Shown here one piece after another: positions 1-13,636 of a DNA stretch of 48,126 bases. Origin of the DNA: Bigelowiella natans CCMP2755 (lineage: Eukaryota; Protista; Cercozoa); the NCBI GenBank assembly GCA_000320545.1, contig ADNK01000336.1, forward strand, positions 1 through 48,126. Reading direction: 5' to 3'. The translations under genes were made by a program, and so were the position numbers. Below the pieces are notes generated by a model. The model had not been told where the DNA came from. It saw only the letters and a list, made by a program, of their open reading frames with translations, and made no database searches. Numbering within the stretch: the first letter of the stretch is position 1; each line of letters opens with the position of its first letter.

Positions 1-202
1 AACATGTTCAGAAGTGTTATCCTCCTACGCCTTTTCTCTTTCCCTCTCTCTCTTCCTTCTTATGAACCAATACGCGCATGATAAGCACACGTATTTTCAT
101 CCCCCCCCCCTACCCCCCTTCCTTTCTGTGCACCTTTTCTTCTTTTATTTGAAACAAAAACGCGTGTCTTTAAACGACGATGACGACGGTGGTGTGGTAT
201 AG

Positions 203-610
203 GTGGTAGAGCTTGGAGCCATCAAGCCTCTATGCGAGCTGCTAACGGCATCCGACCCCAACCTCGTGTCTGTGGTCCTCAGCGCCCTAGAGTCCATTCT
301 TCAGGTATTCGTGCGTGAATAATGATGATGACGACGATGATGTCGTGTATGCGTTGGTTTCACGTGTCACGTCCTAAGCTATAATGGGTTGTATTCTGGT
401 TCGTCTCTCGCTGACTGCTCGCTGCGTTTGCTCTGTGCTTATTGTTGCGGCGAACAGGTTTCCGAGGAAAATGGCCTGGATTACGATGAGCGGCTGGAAG
501 ATGCAGAGGGGGTTTGTAGCTGAAGTTTTACACTTTAAAAACATGCAATGCGTAAGCACGTGTTACGCGCGCTCGCCCGCGCGGAGATACACAACACGCG
601 CGCGCGCGCA

Positions 611-665
<55 letters not shown>

Positions 666-985
666 AGCGAAATGAACCTACTCCTTAACCGCTATAACGG
701 GCCCCTTTCTTTTGGTGGTGATGCTTCCATCCTAGCTGGACAAATTGGAGGAGCTCCAAGGACACAAGAATGAAGACATCTACCTGAAGGCTGTCAGTAT
801 ATTAGAGAGGTACTACTACTACTACTACTGCTACTGCCCCATTGCATAGAACTTCTACTATGGCATGCCGTGAAAACGCACATACACGACGACTTTTAAC
901 TGCCGTCACAACCTCACATTCGACACCATGTCCATTGTTCATTTGTAAGAGATATGCACTCCATCTTGCGACATTTTTACAACTC

Positions 986-1022
<37 letters not shown>

Positions 1023-1120
1023 AATGTAATATTTATATGATTTTTTAATTATTCCTGCGAATCGGCGATTTTCCTTCCAGGTATTTCCCGGCTGGGGAGG
1101 AGGATGTGGGAGAGGACTAA
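203..1120 (+). CDS. Importin subunit alpha (karyopherin alpha), 3' exons only; 5' part lies outside the window
   Basis: Exons 203-304, 458-511, 736-809 and 1081-1120 have GT-AG boundaries with matching phases. They give VVELGAIKPLCELLTASDPNLVSVVLSALESILQ-VSEENGLDYDERLEDAEG-LDKLEELQGHKNEDIYLKAVSILE-RYFPAGEEDVGED*, which matches the last ARM repeats of importin alpha (GLDKIEELQxHxNEEIY..ILExYF). Confidence 0.9.
598..662. repeat. Compound microsatellite (CG)n-(CA)n-(GA)n in an importin alpha intron
   Basis: Directly visible. Similar compound tracts occur near 13335, 16500, 29700 and 32198. Confidence 0.95.
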
Positions 1121-1431
1121 ATACTGGCGGAATAGCGTGCATTTTACTACGCGTTTGTTTGCTTGATGAAATCGTTGGCAACGATAATAGGAAATAGATA
1201 AATAGATAATCGCTTGTCGTTCTTTTCAATCACGTGGAAGGGCACTGGTTATCCTATATATCGATTTACTGTACCGGAGATTTTTTGTAGTGTCAATCAT
1301 TTGGGCATCGTCCCACTGCGATGCAAGATTTAACAGTCATATTAGCCTGATCAGTTACGCTCTGTCGGATTTATACATACTAGTCACAGCTAGTTATACC
1401 GTACATGTATGCCAGGTGTTATGTGTAGATG

Positions 1432-1469
<38 letters not shown>

Positions 1470-1804
1470 CGCAGGCACAAGCTAAGCGCTGTGTGTAGCT
1501 GTTGTGCTTCTTTTGCATGGCTACGATGCATTAGGATGACTATTGAATTAAAAGATTTTAATCACTTCATTGCATCCGTCTGACATCGCTTGTGCTACAT
1601 ATTGTGTTGCGCAGCACTGCTCCACTTGTCACAATGCTAGCATGCAACACCGCTGCTAGAGGCTGCTCGCGCGGGCGGGGCGGAAACACTAGAACAATGT
1701 GGCTTCTATATGTGCACACGAATGCGATGTTAACTAATACCTATTGATTGTCATGCAGAGACGTTTCTTTTGCAATGCACGTGCAAGCATAGCGTCAGAT
1801 GCAG

Positions 1805-2772
1805 TTATTTCTTGATGAGTGTCTGGGCGTCAGAAGCAGACTTTTCAACTTCACCGTCAAGAAACTTCTTGTATCCATCACGGTCTCCGTACTTCTTGTC
1901 TCTTTTTTCCTTGAATTTGTCGTCAGAGTCGTATTTTTCCAACTTTGAAGAAGCCCATTTATCCAACCTTTCCCTTGAATTTACGTACAATATAGGTTAT
2001 AGTCTGTGTGAATGGTTGTCTTCTCGGTGTACTTGTTTTGGAAAATAATTTTCATGTGATCAAGGGGAAATTGGAAAACGTGAGCAGAGGTGACAGGATA
2101 ACGTACTTGAAATCATCGTATTCCTTTTGAGTGAGCAGCTTCTTGTCACCAATTTTTAGGAGTTCGACGTCGAATACAAGATCGGCTCCAGGGGGGATGG
2201 CACCACCAGCGCCTCGTTCTCCATATCCAAAGTCGCTCGTAATATGCAGGACGGATCGCTCGCCAAGGGACATCTTCATGACACCCTCATCCCAACCCTT
2301 GATAACTTGGCCCACACCAATTGTGAATTCAAAGGGTTGACCACGATCGCGAGAACTGTCAAACTTGGATCCATCCTTCTTCAAAGTTCCCACATAGTGC
2401 ATGGAAAGCTTATCACCCTGATCAGCGATATTTCAAAATTAGAAGCATTCTCGAAGGGTATTCAGATTTCTACCTTCTTAGGAAAGTGCTTTCCATCTCC
2501 TGGGGTTTTGACCTGCGCAATTGGAACTATAATTAGATCAGGATTGATAATCCTTCCATTGGTTGCAAATTAGATGATCGAACTGGCAGAAATGTAGTTC
2601 GAATCCACCGGCCTCTATGTATTATTTTCCCTTTCACAAATTCTCTCCAACTCCGTAAAATCATTCATCCCCACGTGCGCTTCGATTTTTTTTTTAAATA
2701 GATACTCATCTATCCACGAACGGTGGCTCTTCACACTCCCCACGCACTACAGACCTCGACTTCGACTCCCAT
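1805..2772 (-). CDS. FKBP12-type peptidyl-prolyl cis-trans isomerase with a charged C-terminal extension
   Basis: Exons 2772-2755 (MGVEVE), 2512-2474 ([13 protein letters not shown]), 2417-2107 ([44 protein letters not shown]) and 1973-1805; all splice phases are consistent. Confidence 0.95.
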
Positions 2773-3214
2773 TGTTGTTTCTTCTGAATTCTAGCGATGA
2801 CGATAGGACACAAATTACGGAAGAAAATACGTTGCGACAAAGGAAAACACCGATTTTTTAGGTAAAACAAGGCTTTTTTTAATTCGGGAACATTCGCGAA
2901 GTGCGCAGATATCTCCCGGAATCTAGTCCCATTCTCATAAGAAATGCCTAACATCGAAAGACGCACTTCAGAATCAGGATTATACTCGATGGAACTCGAA
3001 AGCATTTTAGAGAAGCCCTTCCTCAATTTTGGCGGGGAAGTTTTCTACATGAAATTCCAGAATATTCATGTCGTTGTTATCCAATTATGTGGCATTGGCA
3101 GAGAGAATTGTTTTATTTTGTACCCTCGTGTCTGACATTGTAAGAACCACACGCTTTCTGCAGCCCGAACTCTCGCTCGTAGGTTAATCTTCTCATCGAA
3201 CGGAGCCCACCAAA
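2773..3214. promoter_or_regulatory. Probable bidirectional promoter between the FKBP and WDR76-like genes
   Basis: The two start codons diverge with about 440 bp between them. Inferred from geometry only; no specific motif identified. Confidence 0.45.
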
Positions 3215-5676
3215 ATGCCTCGAATCAAGCGAAGAAGAAGTTCCGCACGGAATTCTGATGAGAAAGATGGTGAGTTAAACATAAAATATTTTAGCTTGCA
3301 ATTCCTGCCTATCACGAGACAGAATCACATATAAACATAATCGTAGTTGGCGAGCTGATGTCTAAAAACATCAAAGCGATGTATGATGGGAAGCTTTGCA
3401 AAGTTGAAGTCCTTAAGGTTAAAACAAACGAATTTCGTTTATTCGAAAGTGCTTACGTTTCCGTTTTTCAGATGACGGAGAACCCGCTACTCTACCTCGT
3501 GCACTATGTAGGGTGGAACAGCCGTTATGACCAATGGCTTCCGGAGTCAAAGGTGTTTATATCAGATGAGGTCTGAGATTTTATTTGAGTATTAATCGGT
3601 GTGAAAATATTCTGATGAGAACGACGAAATATTCAAATCTATTAGGAAGGGATAGCTAAAGGGAAAGAGAATGCAGGTGAACAAGAAGCCCCATTCCCAT
3701 CAAAGAAATTGAAGAGTTCTTCGAAATCTAAGAAAGTCAAACCCAAAATTGAGCCCATCCCAAAGGAGGAAACAGTAACACCCGGGAAGGTTAAGTCGAT
3801 AAAAAGTGAGACCGAAGGAGAAGAAAAAAATGAGGAATCGCGGGAGATGACTTACGAGTAAGTGAACATCCAGAAGTTAGCAAAATTTAGACCTTCTAAT
3901 TGTAGAGTATCTTTAGAGAACAGAGGTTGGAAAACATACGACGCAATCAGCAATTTTTGGCTATGCTCAATCTGAAAGGAGCTGCTGAAGCAGCTAAAAA
4001 GGTACTCAACCGAGATACTCCAATAACCCCTTTCCCCAGCCAATTATTTAAAAATCGAAATCAGCCCAAGAGCAACAAGATCGTTAGAATGAAGAAGCCT
4101 CCGACGAGAGAACGACGCCTGCCTAAGAGAAGGTTTTTCCTCTTCCATTCATTTTCACATAAATCTTCCAAATAAGAGCTGGCATTGCTGATTCCCTATT
4201 TAGGTCTCTTCGAGTGCAAGGACTAAGTTCGGATGGCAAGAAGCTTCCTGACAACTTCAAGCCTTTGTCAAATTCAGCCCCGTCTTACGAGAGGATTCGG
4301 GTAAGTCTCTGTGACCAAGGTAATTCGCTTGTCTTCACCTTATTGATGTATTTAATAAGGAGGAGGGCACTCTTGAAATATCCGCTTCCAATAAGGACTA
4401 CTTGAAAGAGCTCATGGCAGGCTCAGGGGGTACGGATAATGTGGAAGGGGGAAAAGTCGAGGTACTTCTTATGGTGTTAATAAGCCTGAATAACGTTAAT
4501 GCACCCTTATTCGATGTATCCAGTACCTGCTGATGAAACGCTAATGTACTCCATTTATCCGAACTAAACCCTCTCATTAGTTAAAAATATCTTATGAATG
4601 CTATATTTTTTCCAATCTGCTAATTCACAGATTGGCGCCTCGCTCATGAAGTATGCAGAAAGGATGTCGAAGATGCAGATTTTTGACACGGGTACCTAAA
4701 AAGCTCTAGAAGTAAAATGTTACCGAAAGAAGTATCGCGAAATCCTAAACTTTTCTTCACACTCTGATGGTGCAGGGTTAGTGAAAGTTGTGAAGGAAAG
4801 AATATACTCCGCTGTGTTCCACCCGGGCCCGAAGATAATGGTCGCTGCGGGTGATAAGAGAGGCAATTTGGGCTTCTGGAGAGTAGGGTACTATCCCAGC
4901 CGAGCCTCTTTTCTGCCTCGTTACTTATTCTGTACATATCTTCCAGATCCAAAGGAGAAAACAATGGTGTGGTAGGATTTCACCCCCATGGGAACGTTAT
5001 TGCAGGACTTCACTTCAGTGACGTAGATACGAATAAGCTCTATTCCTCCTCGTGAGTAATGATGACAGTGATAATAATGTTTTTAAATCCTTGCCAAAGT
5101 AACTTCTGGATTTCTTGAGATTTCTTGACACAGGATTTTATTTCACCCTTTAGGTATGACGGTCACGTCCGCATGTTAGACCTAGAAAAGCAGGAATTTT
5201 CTGACGTTATCACGGATAGCGAAGACGAATTCTATGATATAGCTTCAGTGAAGGTGATAAATATAGCTTGAGATAGGCAGCATAGATGAGATGAGTGATC
5301 ATATATTTGTCTTGTAGGGCGAAAGGCCTCTATATGTTTCTTCTAGGGGGGGGTTTGTCTACAAAATTGGTAAAATATTATTTCCCAAAAATCATTAAGT
5401 GAACTACTGTACTCGTCGTCCCTTCTGGGTGTGTTTCTCCCGTAAGTGGATATCGTTAATACAAATTGTTTCCAAAATCTGATGTATGAAAGATCCCCGG
5501 GAGAAGAAGAGCGAAGAATACGCCTTGCATGACAACAAGATTTTTACGTTGAGCTTCAATCAGGTAACCTAGTGTTGTTGTTGTATTTTGTCGTTGGCAA
5601 TGGTGAATTATGTTCTCCGTATTAGAACAGATTTATGTAATAATAATTTTGTATTGCGACTTCCCTACCCCCCTCC

Positions 5677-5714
<38 letters not shown>

Positions 5715-7004
5715 ACTCACTCTTACCTCTCCATCTTTCCATATCACCTTTCTTCTCACCCGCAAGGCGAAGCCACACGAATTTTGTACTGCAAGCTTGG
5801 ACCGAACTGTCAGGATTTGGGATTCCCGGAAACTAACGGTTACACGTGTTCCTAATTCCAAGTAAACATATGGTGTCTCTGTTCTTGTCCCGACTATTTT
5901 CATTTGTTCCTCAGGAAAAACGTACGAAACCGGTATTCCAGATGGTCCATGGGCTGTGCGTTACGGGGGCGCGTTACTCTCCAGACGGAAAGTTAGAGAC
6001 TGATGTGACGTGTGCTTGTTTTTCATTTGTTTTCCAACACTTTAATATGTTGTTCTTGCCTGAACTTGCCCCTCGTTCCAGATACCTCGTTTCTTGCAAC
6101 AACGACTGCCTACTGCGCATCTGGAACACAGCCACGATCAAGAACAAGTAGGAACTCTTGGCTAGAGGATGAGCTTCCGCAATAAAATAACAAAAAGGAT
6201 ATGATACCACAAAATGACTATAAAATAGACTGCATATGGCCCCTGTTGATCTTTTGATCTTATCGCTTATACAGGCGACCAAATGGGCCCGAACCAAACT
6301 CACAGGTTAGACATGACACAAGGACTGGCCGCTGGTTGACAAAGGTAGTGACAACGACGATTATGATTGTCCATAATCGAGGCAAAATGAAAACCCTCCC
6401 ATCTTATCCCCTATTATATTAGTTCAAATGTGAATGGGACCCTAAGCAGAGCAACGTTTTCATCGTCGGTAGTATGGATCGACCGCGATGTGTGGAGGTG
6501 ATGAATTAAAATGATATTGTTAGTTTGTACTGTTGAAGCCAATAACAATATCTGGCACCACGGCCTTAAATCACAATCGGTTCTTCTTGACATCTCTCTC
6601 ATTGCATGGAACGACAAAGGAAAAGGGAAAGCCTCTAATATCGTTTCCAATTTCAGATTTTCGGAGTCAATGATGATGCAAAAGCAAGTCGTATTATGCG
6701 CCTCAGGTTGCAACCTTTTTGCTCTTTATAATTTTATGTTTGAGAATGGTGACTAGTCAGAACATCTAACCAATCGATATTTGCAGGGATGATTACGTCG
6801 GCTCCGTGCAATCAATCAATGTCTTCCATGAAACTAGAGGTTACAAAGCATTCACACATTAAATTAGGAGAACATGTAGAGACGAAGGTTTTTGTTAGTT
6901 TTCAGAATAAACTAAATGCTTGTGTTCATTATTTAAAAATAGATGTCATCTTGAGCGCCAATTCAAGTGGGAGATGCCACGTTTGGAGCTCAGAAGAAAT
7001 CTAG
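3215..7004 (+). CDS. WDR76: WDR76/Cmr1-family WD40 DNA-damage-binding protein with an N-terminal Tudor-knot (chromo-barrel) domain; multi-exon
   Basis: Exons encode YLVHYVGWNSRYDQWLPE (Tudor-knot), RLENIRRNQQFLAMLNL and RRSLRVQG (Cmr1/WDR76 N-terminal motifs), VKVVKERIYSAVFHP..VAAGDKRGNLGFW, KLYSSSYDGHVRMLDLEK, HDTRTGRWLTK, and the terminal ILSANSSGRCHVWSSEEI*. Confidence 0.85.
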
Positions 7005-7969
7005 TACTTCGTAAACGTATGAACTCCCAATTTTAAGCAGGCATCACAGCTAACTACACTGCAACAAATTCGAATCATTGTCATTCATCTGTTGAATGAT
7101 TATGAATCTCTTCGTGTTGTTTGTTGGTGTCCAAGATTTCTTCACACTTGAATCTAAAATTTGCAGAGTGTGCATTGATTAATGATGCCACTAGAAACGT
7201 GCGAATCAAATGTCAAACTAAGAATACACTTTTCCTTCTTATTTCCGACAGGGGTCATTCTAGTACGAACATGAATCTGTATCAACACATATTGCTGCAC
7301 ATGTCGAGGTGTTATTGTAGGCGGGTCGCGTATGATGTGAAATGTACAGCATAAACGTTGTGTCTACCATGTGACACACTAGCACTCACTAGCTCACAAG
7401 CAAACGGTGCAAAAATTATTATGGCCTTTGAAGAATGCTAGAATGCAATAACGCATGGAAATCAAGAAATAATAGTTTTCTTTCTCTATCTAGCTTAGCT
7501 ATCTAGCTGCTCTAGCTATGTCACGCTGCATATGGCGCATCAATATTATATACAAAACACACGCACATGGCATGCTAGCATACATGCATAGAACTCGGAG
7601 CTGTGCACATGCTTGCATGTTTTGCGGTAGAAGATCTGCCTCTATATGCAATGTAGCATCAGTCGAAGAGCTCTACTAGTCTAGAATTTCCATTACTGCC
7701 GGCAACGAACGAGTACATGCATAGTTAGTTATTGACACACAGGGTTGCGCGGAGAATCTTTGCATGCTAGCATGCATATGCCAATTTAATTTAGAAGGTT
7801 CTTGACAGTACTAGAGTAGTGGCTTCTGTATATCTAAATATGCTCATCATATTGAGGAATTAAATATTTTATTTATTTTTGCCACATATTTTGAGTTTTC
7901 TTTCGCAATCAACACAAGGTAGTATGTCACATTTCTATTCGTCCAGCTCATACATCCGCAAAGTTTACA

Positions 7970-9676
7970 TTACGAATTTCTCTCAGAGATTTCCTTGTTG
8001 TCACTGTCAGAGATACCAGGATGCGGGACACCAGTGGAACGTTTGGCCCCTCCCATTCCTGTGAGCACCGAGCCGAACATGATGAACATGAAGGCATATG
8101 TCGGTAGTAACCTTGGAATAAAATCAGCAAGTAGCCACCACACCGGGCCAGTGTACCATGAAACGCTTGTTTCGCCGTGTAATATCGCGAATTTTATTAT
8201 CAGCATAATGATACGAAGCAACGCACTTAGGAAAACTATACATAGAATAGCCTGTAGCTTTCGCATGATGGTCCTGAATCGGGCCTTTTTGATGACCTCT
8301 TCCTCCGTCTCATCTGACCGCTCTGCCAGATTTTCGACATTCCGCAGTGGGCGCATGATCTCATGTCCGGACCAAAACATTGCTGCGAAGAACACCAGGT
8401 TTTTCGCCGCCGAGAAGATTGTGTAGAATGTGTAGTAGTCGTTGTTGAAGAAGTCGAAAATCGTGCCCGAGGTGACACAAAATGCTAAGCCGATAATGGT
8501 GATGACCATGAACAAGCAGTTCATCAAAAGAAGGATGCTTTTTCTAAAAAAGAACATGCTCGCTTTAGCACCAACCTACAAAAATACGGAGAGGGGAACA
8601 AAGAATTTACGTAATCGCAGGATCAATTTATTAATGTTAATGCAAATACACAGGTCCTGGCATTCTACTCTCAGATTTCGGGTTATCACATTCATATATG
8701 CTGCACGAATATCGAAACATCGCTACTATACACAGTCTATCATGGGCGATTTCTGACCGTATCCTGCCATATGGAGCAGATGACGGAGTAGCTGAAGAAG
8801 AACGACACGTTCGCAAACATATGCAACCCTATCGAAAAAAAGTAAGATGAGGCTATTTTCTAGCTTTCTCATAAGTTATAACAAATGAATGTAGGATTCA
8901 GAATGAAAACATAAGCTCCGGTACTATTGTTCTACAAATCCACAGCTGAAAAAAATCACAGCCTTTTGGGACGAATTTAGACGGTGTTGATACCAGTTTA
9001 AAATTTGGCTGGAACGTATTTGTTCGAAAGGATCCCAGAAAAATTAAGAGTGATAATAATTTGGAGAAAATCTGTGAGTGTTTCGAGGAAAAGGGGATAC
9101 CATAAACCCAGGTCTTAGAGCTGCATTTGTAAGCATCGTCAATAGCCATCATGTAGAAGCTAAGACATAAAGAGGTAGTGAAATGAAGCAGTACTGCTTT
9201 TCGTTCGCTCATCACCGATTTATACAACTTGATTAGAACCGTCACTTGCACCAAAAAGTAGGAAGGAGAGGTGTATGCATCATCCAAAGGTCGCCTCTAC
9301 AAACACGCAACACATCTTTCACTTTTTACCGAAAAAGATCCAAAAACGCCATCACGGTCACAGCAACGAAGTAGTTCTGAGATTCAGCACAAAGCAACTA
9401 TTAATTGCTGATCTTTAGTCTTGTTAGACAAGGAAATATCTAAAACCAACCTTTTTACTGAACCATCCTGTCCTAGTGTCACCCTTGTCGGTGAAACTCC
9501 GGACGCTTCCAAGCAAGGCGATCGCAAACAGTATTGTGAACTGAAGAGAGAATATTGTGAGTAAAATTGATTTCGCTTCAGACGTGCGGCAGCCATAGGG
9601 ACACATTGGTACAGACCAAGACTACACCGGCGATGCCGGTGCCTCTGAAGTCGCTCCCGCCACGCTCACAACCCAT
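7970..9676 (-). CDS. Multi-pass (about 7 TM) membrane protein, TOM1/THH1/GPR137-like; exon structure approximate
   Basis: Spliced hydrophobic segments include FTILFAIALLGSV, SILLLMNCLFMVITIIGLAFCV, KLQAILCIVFLSALLRIIMLII and WWLLADFIPRLLPTYAFMFIM. Family assignment rests on general topology; the start codon is uncertain (9676 or 9606). Confidence 0.55.
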
Positions 9677-10661
9677 GATGCCTTCACTGAGACATTTCCT
9701 TTGGAATATCTACAAAAATTGAATATCATCTCAACTCAGCAGTTGACACCCCTCCTAGAAAAATCAAAACTGCTCGCATTGGATTGAATTCGATGACAAA
9801 CCATTCTTCCACACTAATCTCCCCCCCCCTTCCCTCGTCCCTACCCTCCCGTCAAACCCTACTGCCTGGTACTGTTCAGCTGCCAGATGAAATATCGTTC
9901 TGGATGTTGATCGTTGTCGCAGCAATTAAACCGCATGGGATTTTTCCACAAAGGCCAGCAACTACGGCCGAAAAATTCTCTCGCTCATAGATGGACATCA
10001 GTGCTTAGATTGCCAGGGATTCCAAAGGGTGCGACAACGATGTTCGGCTCGGTCAAAATTAGAAAGGAGAAGGAAGGGTTTTGCACGCTGCTGATGCTCG
10101 CCGGGGGCATGGTCGATCGGGTTTCAATGTCAAACTGAATGAATGCTTCATTTTCAGGCCACTCAACGTTTTGGGCTCGCGCGCGGTACTACACACTTTT
10201 CTATGAATAAAAATACGGACGAAAAAGACGATGGGTTAGTCGATCAGTTTCGGAGCAGCTGTGTTCAGACGTTCAGACAGGAGGCCGTGTTGACAAGGTT
10301 AAACGTTCGATGGAAAGACGGAACTTTCTATGACTCACAAAGATTCCTTGTGGGTGGAGCGGTTGTCTTGTTTCATCTGCTTGCGCGGGTATTTCTAGAT
10401 CTATTGCTCGACAATCTAGCAATGCGTACATGCGGTACTAGGGTACGCGATTAGCACACGCAGCAACCTAACAACTGTCATTGAGTAGTCCACATACAAC
10501 AAGTATTATGTACGCGCACTCATCGAACAATAATGCGAGTTCATCGCATGCACTGGGAAATGCCTAAATCCCAGTGTTTATCGATTTCGAGTATTTTCGT
10601 TCGAGAAATCATGATCACCGAGGCAAAACGTGCGTTGCGTAAAGACAAAATGCGAGCAACA

Positions 10662-11147
10662 TCAAGCACGATGCAAGTTGGTTTTAACTGCAAAAACCAT
10701 GAACAACTGCAGCTCTTTGGGAACATACGACAAGTACCTAAAACAGCAGGTAATCAATTAAAATAGACGCTCTCGTGATGTAACTACTTGCTATGAATTT
10801 TTGAGGAATCAATTACGAATGGAGGAAAGCAATGACTGACCCGTTTTTCTCCGATGTTTCCGGCTGGTGCGTAAAAACCTTAAAGCCTTTTGACGCAAGC
10901 AATGCACAAAGCTTGTTCAGCCTGTCACTCACATTCGCCACTTCAACACACACCCTGTCAATTCTCCTCCAGTCTGAGTCTTTGATGCCCTCAGCCACCT
11001 GTATAGAAGAACGATTGAGATCTGTTTCTTTCGAGGAAAAGAAAGGTTGTGCTTTGGGCAGTTCTGACAACGGGTTAAACAGATAATATAACCATCTAAC
11101 CCATGGAATAATGTATGCGCACACATCACACCAGAATATTGAATATT

Positions 11148-11188
<41 letters not shown>

Positions 11189-13331
11189 ACTGCGACTATC
11201 GATAATAATAAACTATTAAGAAAAGCCTGCAACTTTCCGTTATAACTTCCAAACGAAACATAAACTAATTCATTCCGCGTTACATCCACAATTTAGAGAT
11301 GAAACATCATTGCTATTGTCTGAAAGCCACGAAGTGTCGCTCCCCCGTTCCCTCCCCACCCCTCTCTCTCTCTCGCTCTCCCTTGCTGAAACAGTACCGC
11401 AAGCTCCTCCCCCTCCACATCGATCTTTACGAGATCTATTCTCTCTTCGCTGTGAATGAGGTTTTGCCTGGCCAGAATGTCTGACAAAGGCTCGGCACGG
11501 CACTTCTCCTCCTCGCCGTTGCAACCTGTCGAAGTGCTTCATCGTTACTCTTTTGGGGCATTATCAGTTTCAATGACGAACAAGGAGGAGGAGGAGAAGG
11601 AAAAGGAAAAGGTGGAGGGGAGGGGAAGGGGCGGGAGCTTTGCAGGGTCCCTTCATTTTCTTCAACAGTAGAAAGAACTACCGGCTTGTTTCTTTGCTTG
11701 AGCTTCGATATCCTCCATCGCAAGGAGCCGTGATTCGACCTGCCTTTCGCTGTCCCCCCCCCCCCCTTTCCCTGCAGCGGCAGCAGAAGCCGTCTTCGCA
11801 CCCCTCATTTTGGCCAAGTCGGACTCGATCCTGCGCCGGAACACGCGCTGCCGGTGAGAGCGCTCATCGGGATGGCGTGTGGATTCTCCTGGCATTTCGG
11901 GGAAGAACTGGAACGCAACCTCTCCTTGGGACTTTGAAGCCGCAGCCACCTCGACGCACAGCGTGGAGTCTGAAGTGGGTAGGAGACCGGTGATGCGCGA
12001 GGATGAAACCAGAAATAAAGACAGTGTTTTGAGTGCGCGCACTGCCGGTATATACACGCACGTGTTGTTGTCCGTTGTTGCTTTCTCTCTGCTCAGATTT
12101 ACCTTTGAATGCGTCCATATTGTGCCTCAGCACTTCGCTCGTCGCGCGCATCGGCTCTATACACAGAACGCGCGAGGTTGATGGCCAACGACGCTTGCAG
12201 TACAACGCAAAAAGGCCGATGTTGGCACCGACATCTACGATGTTAAGTCGCTGTTTTTCACCAAGATTTCCTGAGTCATTGCCGCCCCCTCCCTCCCGCT
12301 TCATCGCAGGTTCGGGCTCGGGAAGGCGAAGGACCGCAGCCTCGTAGCAGCGTTCTATGAAGATTTCCTTGATAGTGGGGAGGGGAGGCGAGACAAGGAA
12401 CGAGATTGTAGGAAGCATAAGCATTTAAGAGTGATATTAGACAGCATTGCTGCGCGTTTGAGGAAATTGAACGGGAGAAGCAACACCAATGCCTTTTCTG
12501 TGGTGACATGGCATTTGATCACACGCAGTCGAGAGACGAAAGTTAGCATGATCCCAGCACTATAAACCGCCTTATTTCCCATAGTAGGAAGTGCGAATAA
12601 TACGCATTCTTTCATTGAGGCTACGCGTCGAGTGCGGTGGGAGAGTACATCACGACCAGCAGCCGAATTTCACTACTTCCCCAGTTTTTGCTGCATTCGC
12701 TAAAATTTTGGCCATATGTACTATTCTGACCTCCCCTCCGCCCTCCTACCCCCCCCCCCTGTTACCTGGTACAGATAGCGCGTCTCGTCAACGCTGAGGT
12801 ACTTGAATTGCGAAGGAGATGGGAGGGGGAGCAACGGCATTTCGTCCCAAAGACCTAACTTTCCACTCCTTGGAATGCAGCGATGAGCTTGGGTATTCGT
12901 GGCGCAGCTGACTTCATGCTCCCGATCGATCCCCCCCCCCGCTGCTTTCCAAAGGCGCTCTACTTGCGACATGAACTGTGCGCTGATAACCTGCGAGCGA
13001 AGCAAAGGCCGAATCGTCAGCGACACAGAAGGACTACAAGTCTAATGCATGCTTCATGATGTGCACCCTCCATTCCTCGTGTTGTATTGATAAATCGGTA
13101 CTACCCTCACGGATTCTGGGTGTGATATTGCTCGAGCGAGCATGTAGAGAATCTTCTCGGTTGGTAGGCGAGACAGCAGCGCCGCCCTGGCCGAAGAGAT
13201 GCCAGAAGACGATGATGATGATGATATCGATGTTTTGCCCTCTCTTTCTTCGCTGCTACTGAGTTGTAATCCAGCGGCCAAGAGCATCATGCGTAATCTG
13301 ATGTGCGTGTAGTGAAGGTTAGGTTTCGAAT

Positions 13332-13398
<67 letters not shown>

Positions 13399-13601
13399 TG
13401 TGTTAGCGCCGAAATCTATGGTGACTCGCCCTTTCTTCGTCTTCATCATCATCACCATCATCATCATCGTTTCCTCAATTCATATCATACGTTTCATCAC
13501 TGCAAAGAGATTTATCTTCCCGCGTGTCCCCTTCAGTCTTCTCGTTCGGATTGAACCTTGGGTTTCAGCATTATTTGTATCAAGAACCGACCGACGATAA
13601 A

Positions 13602-13636
<35 letters not shown>

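Noticed and set aside
4528-4545. CTGATGA..AAAC resembling a hammerhead ribozyme core
   Set aside because: There is no stem II between CUGAUGA and GAAA and no supporting flanking helices.
9577-9710. In-frame TAG upstream of MCPYGC suggesting stop-codon read-through or recoding
   Set aside because: An alternative frame from ATG 9676 spliced to the strong acceptor near 9541 explains the region, and other genes here use TAG as a normal stop.
10143-10454. 103-aa plus-strand ORF
   Set aside because: No recognisable motif or splice structure; it lies in the spacer between two minus-strand genes.
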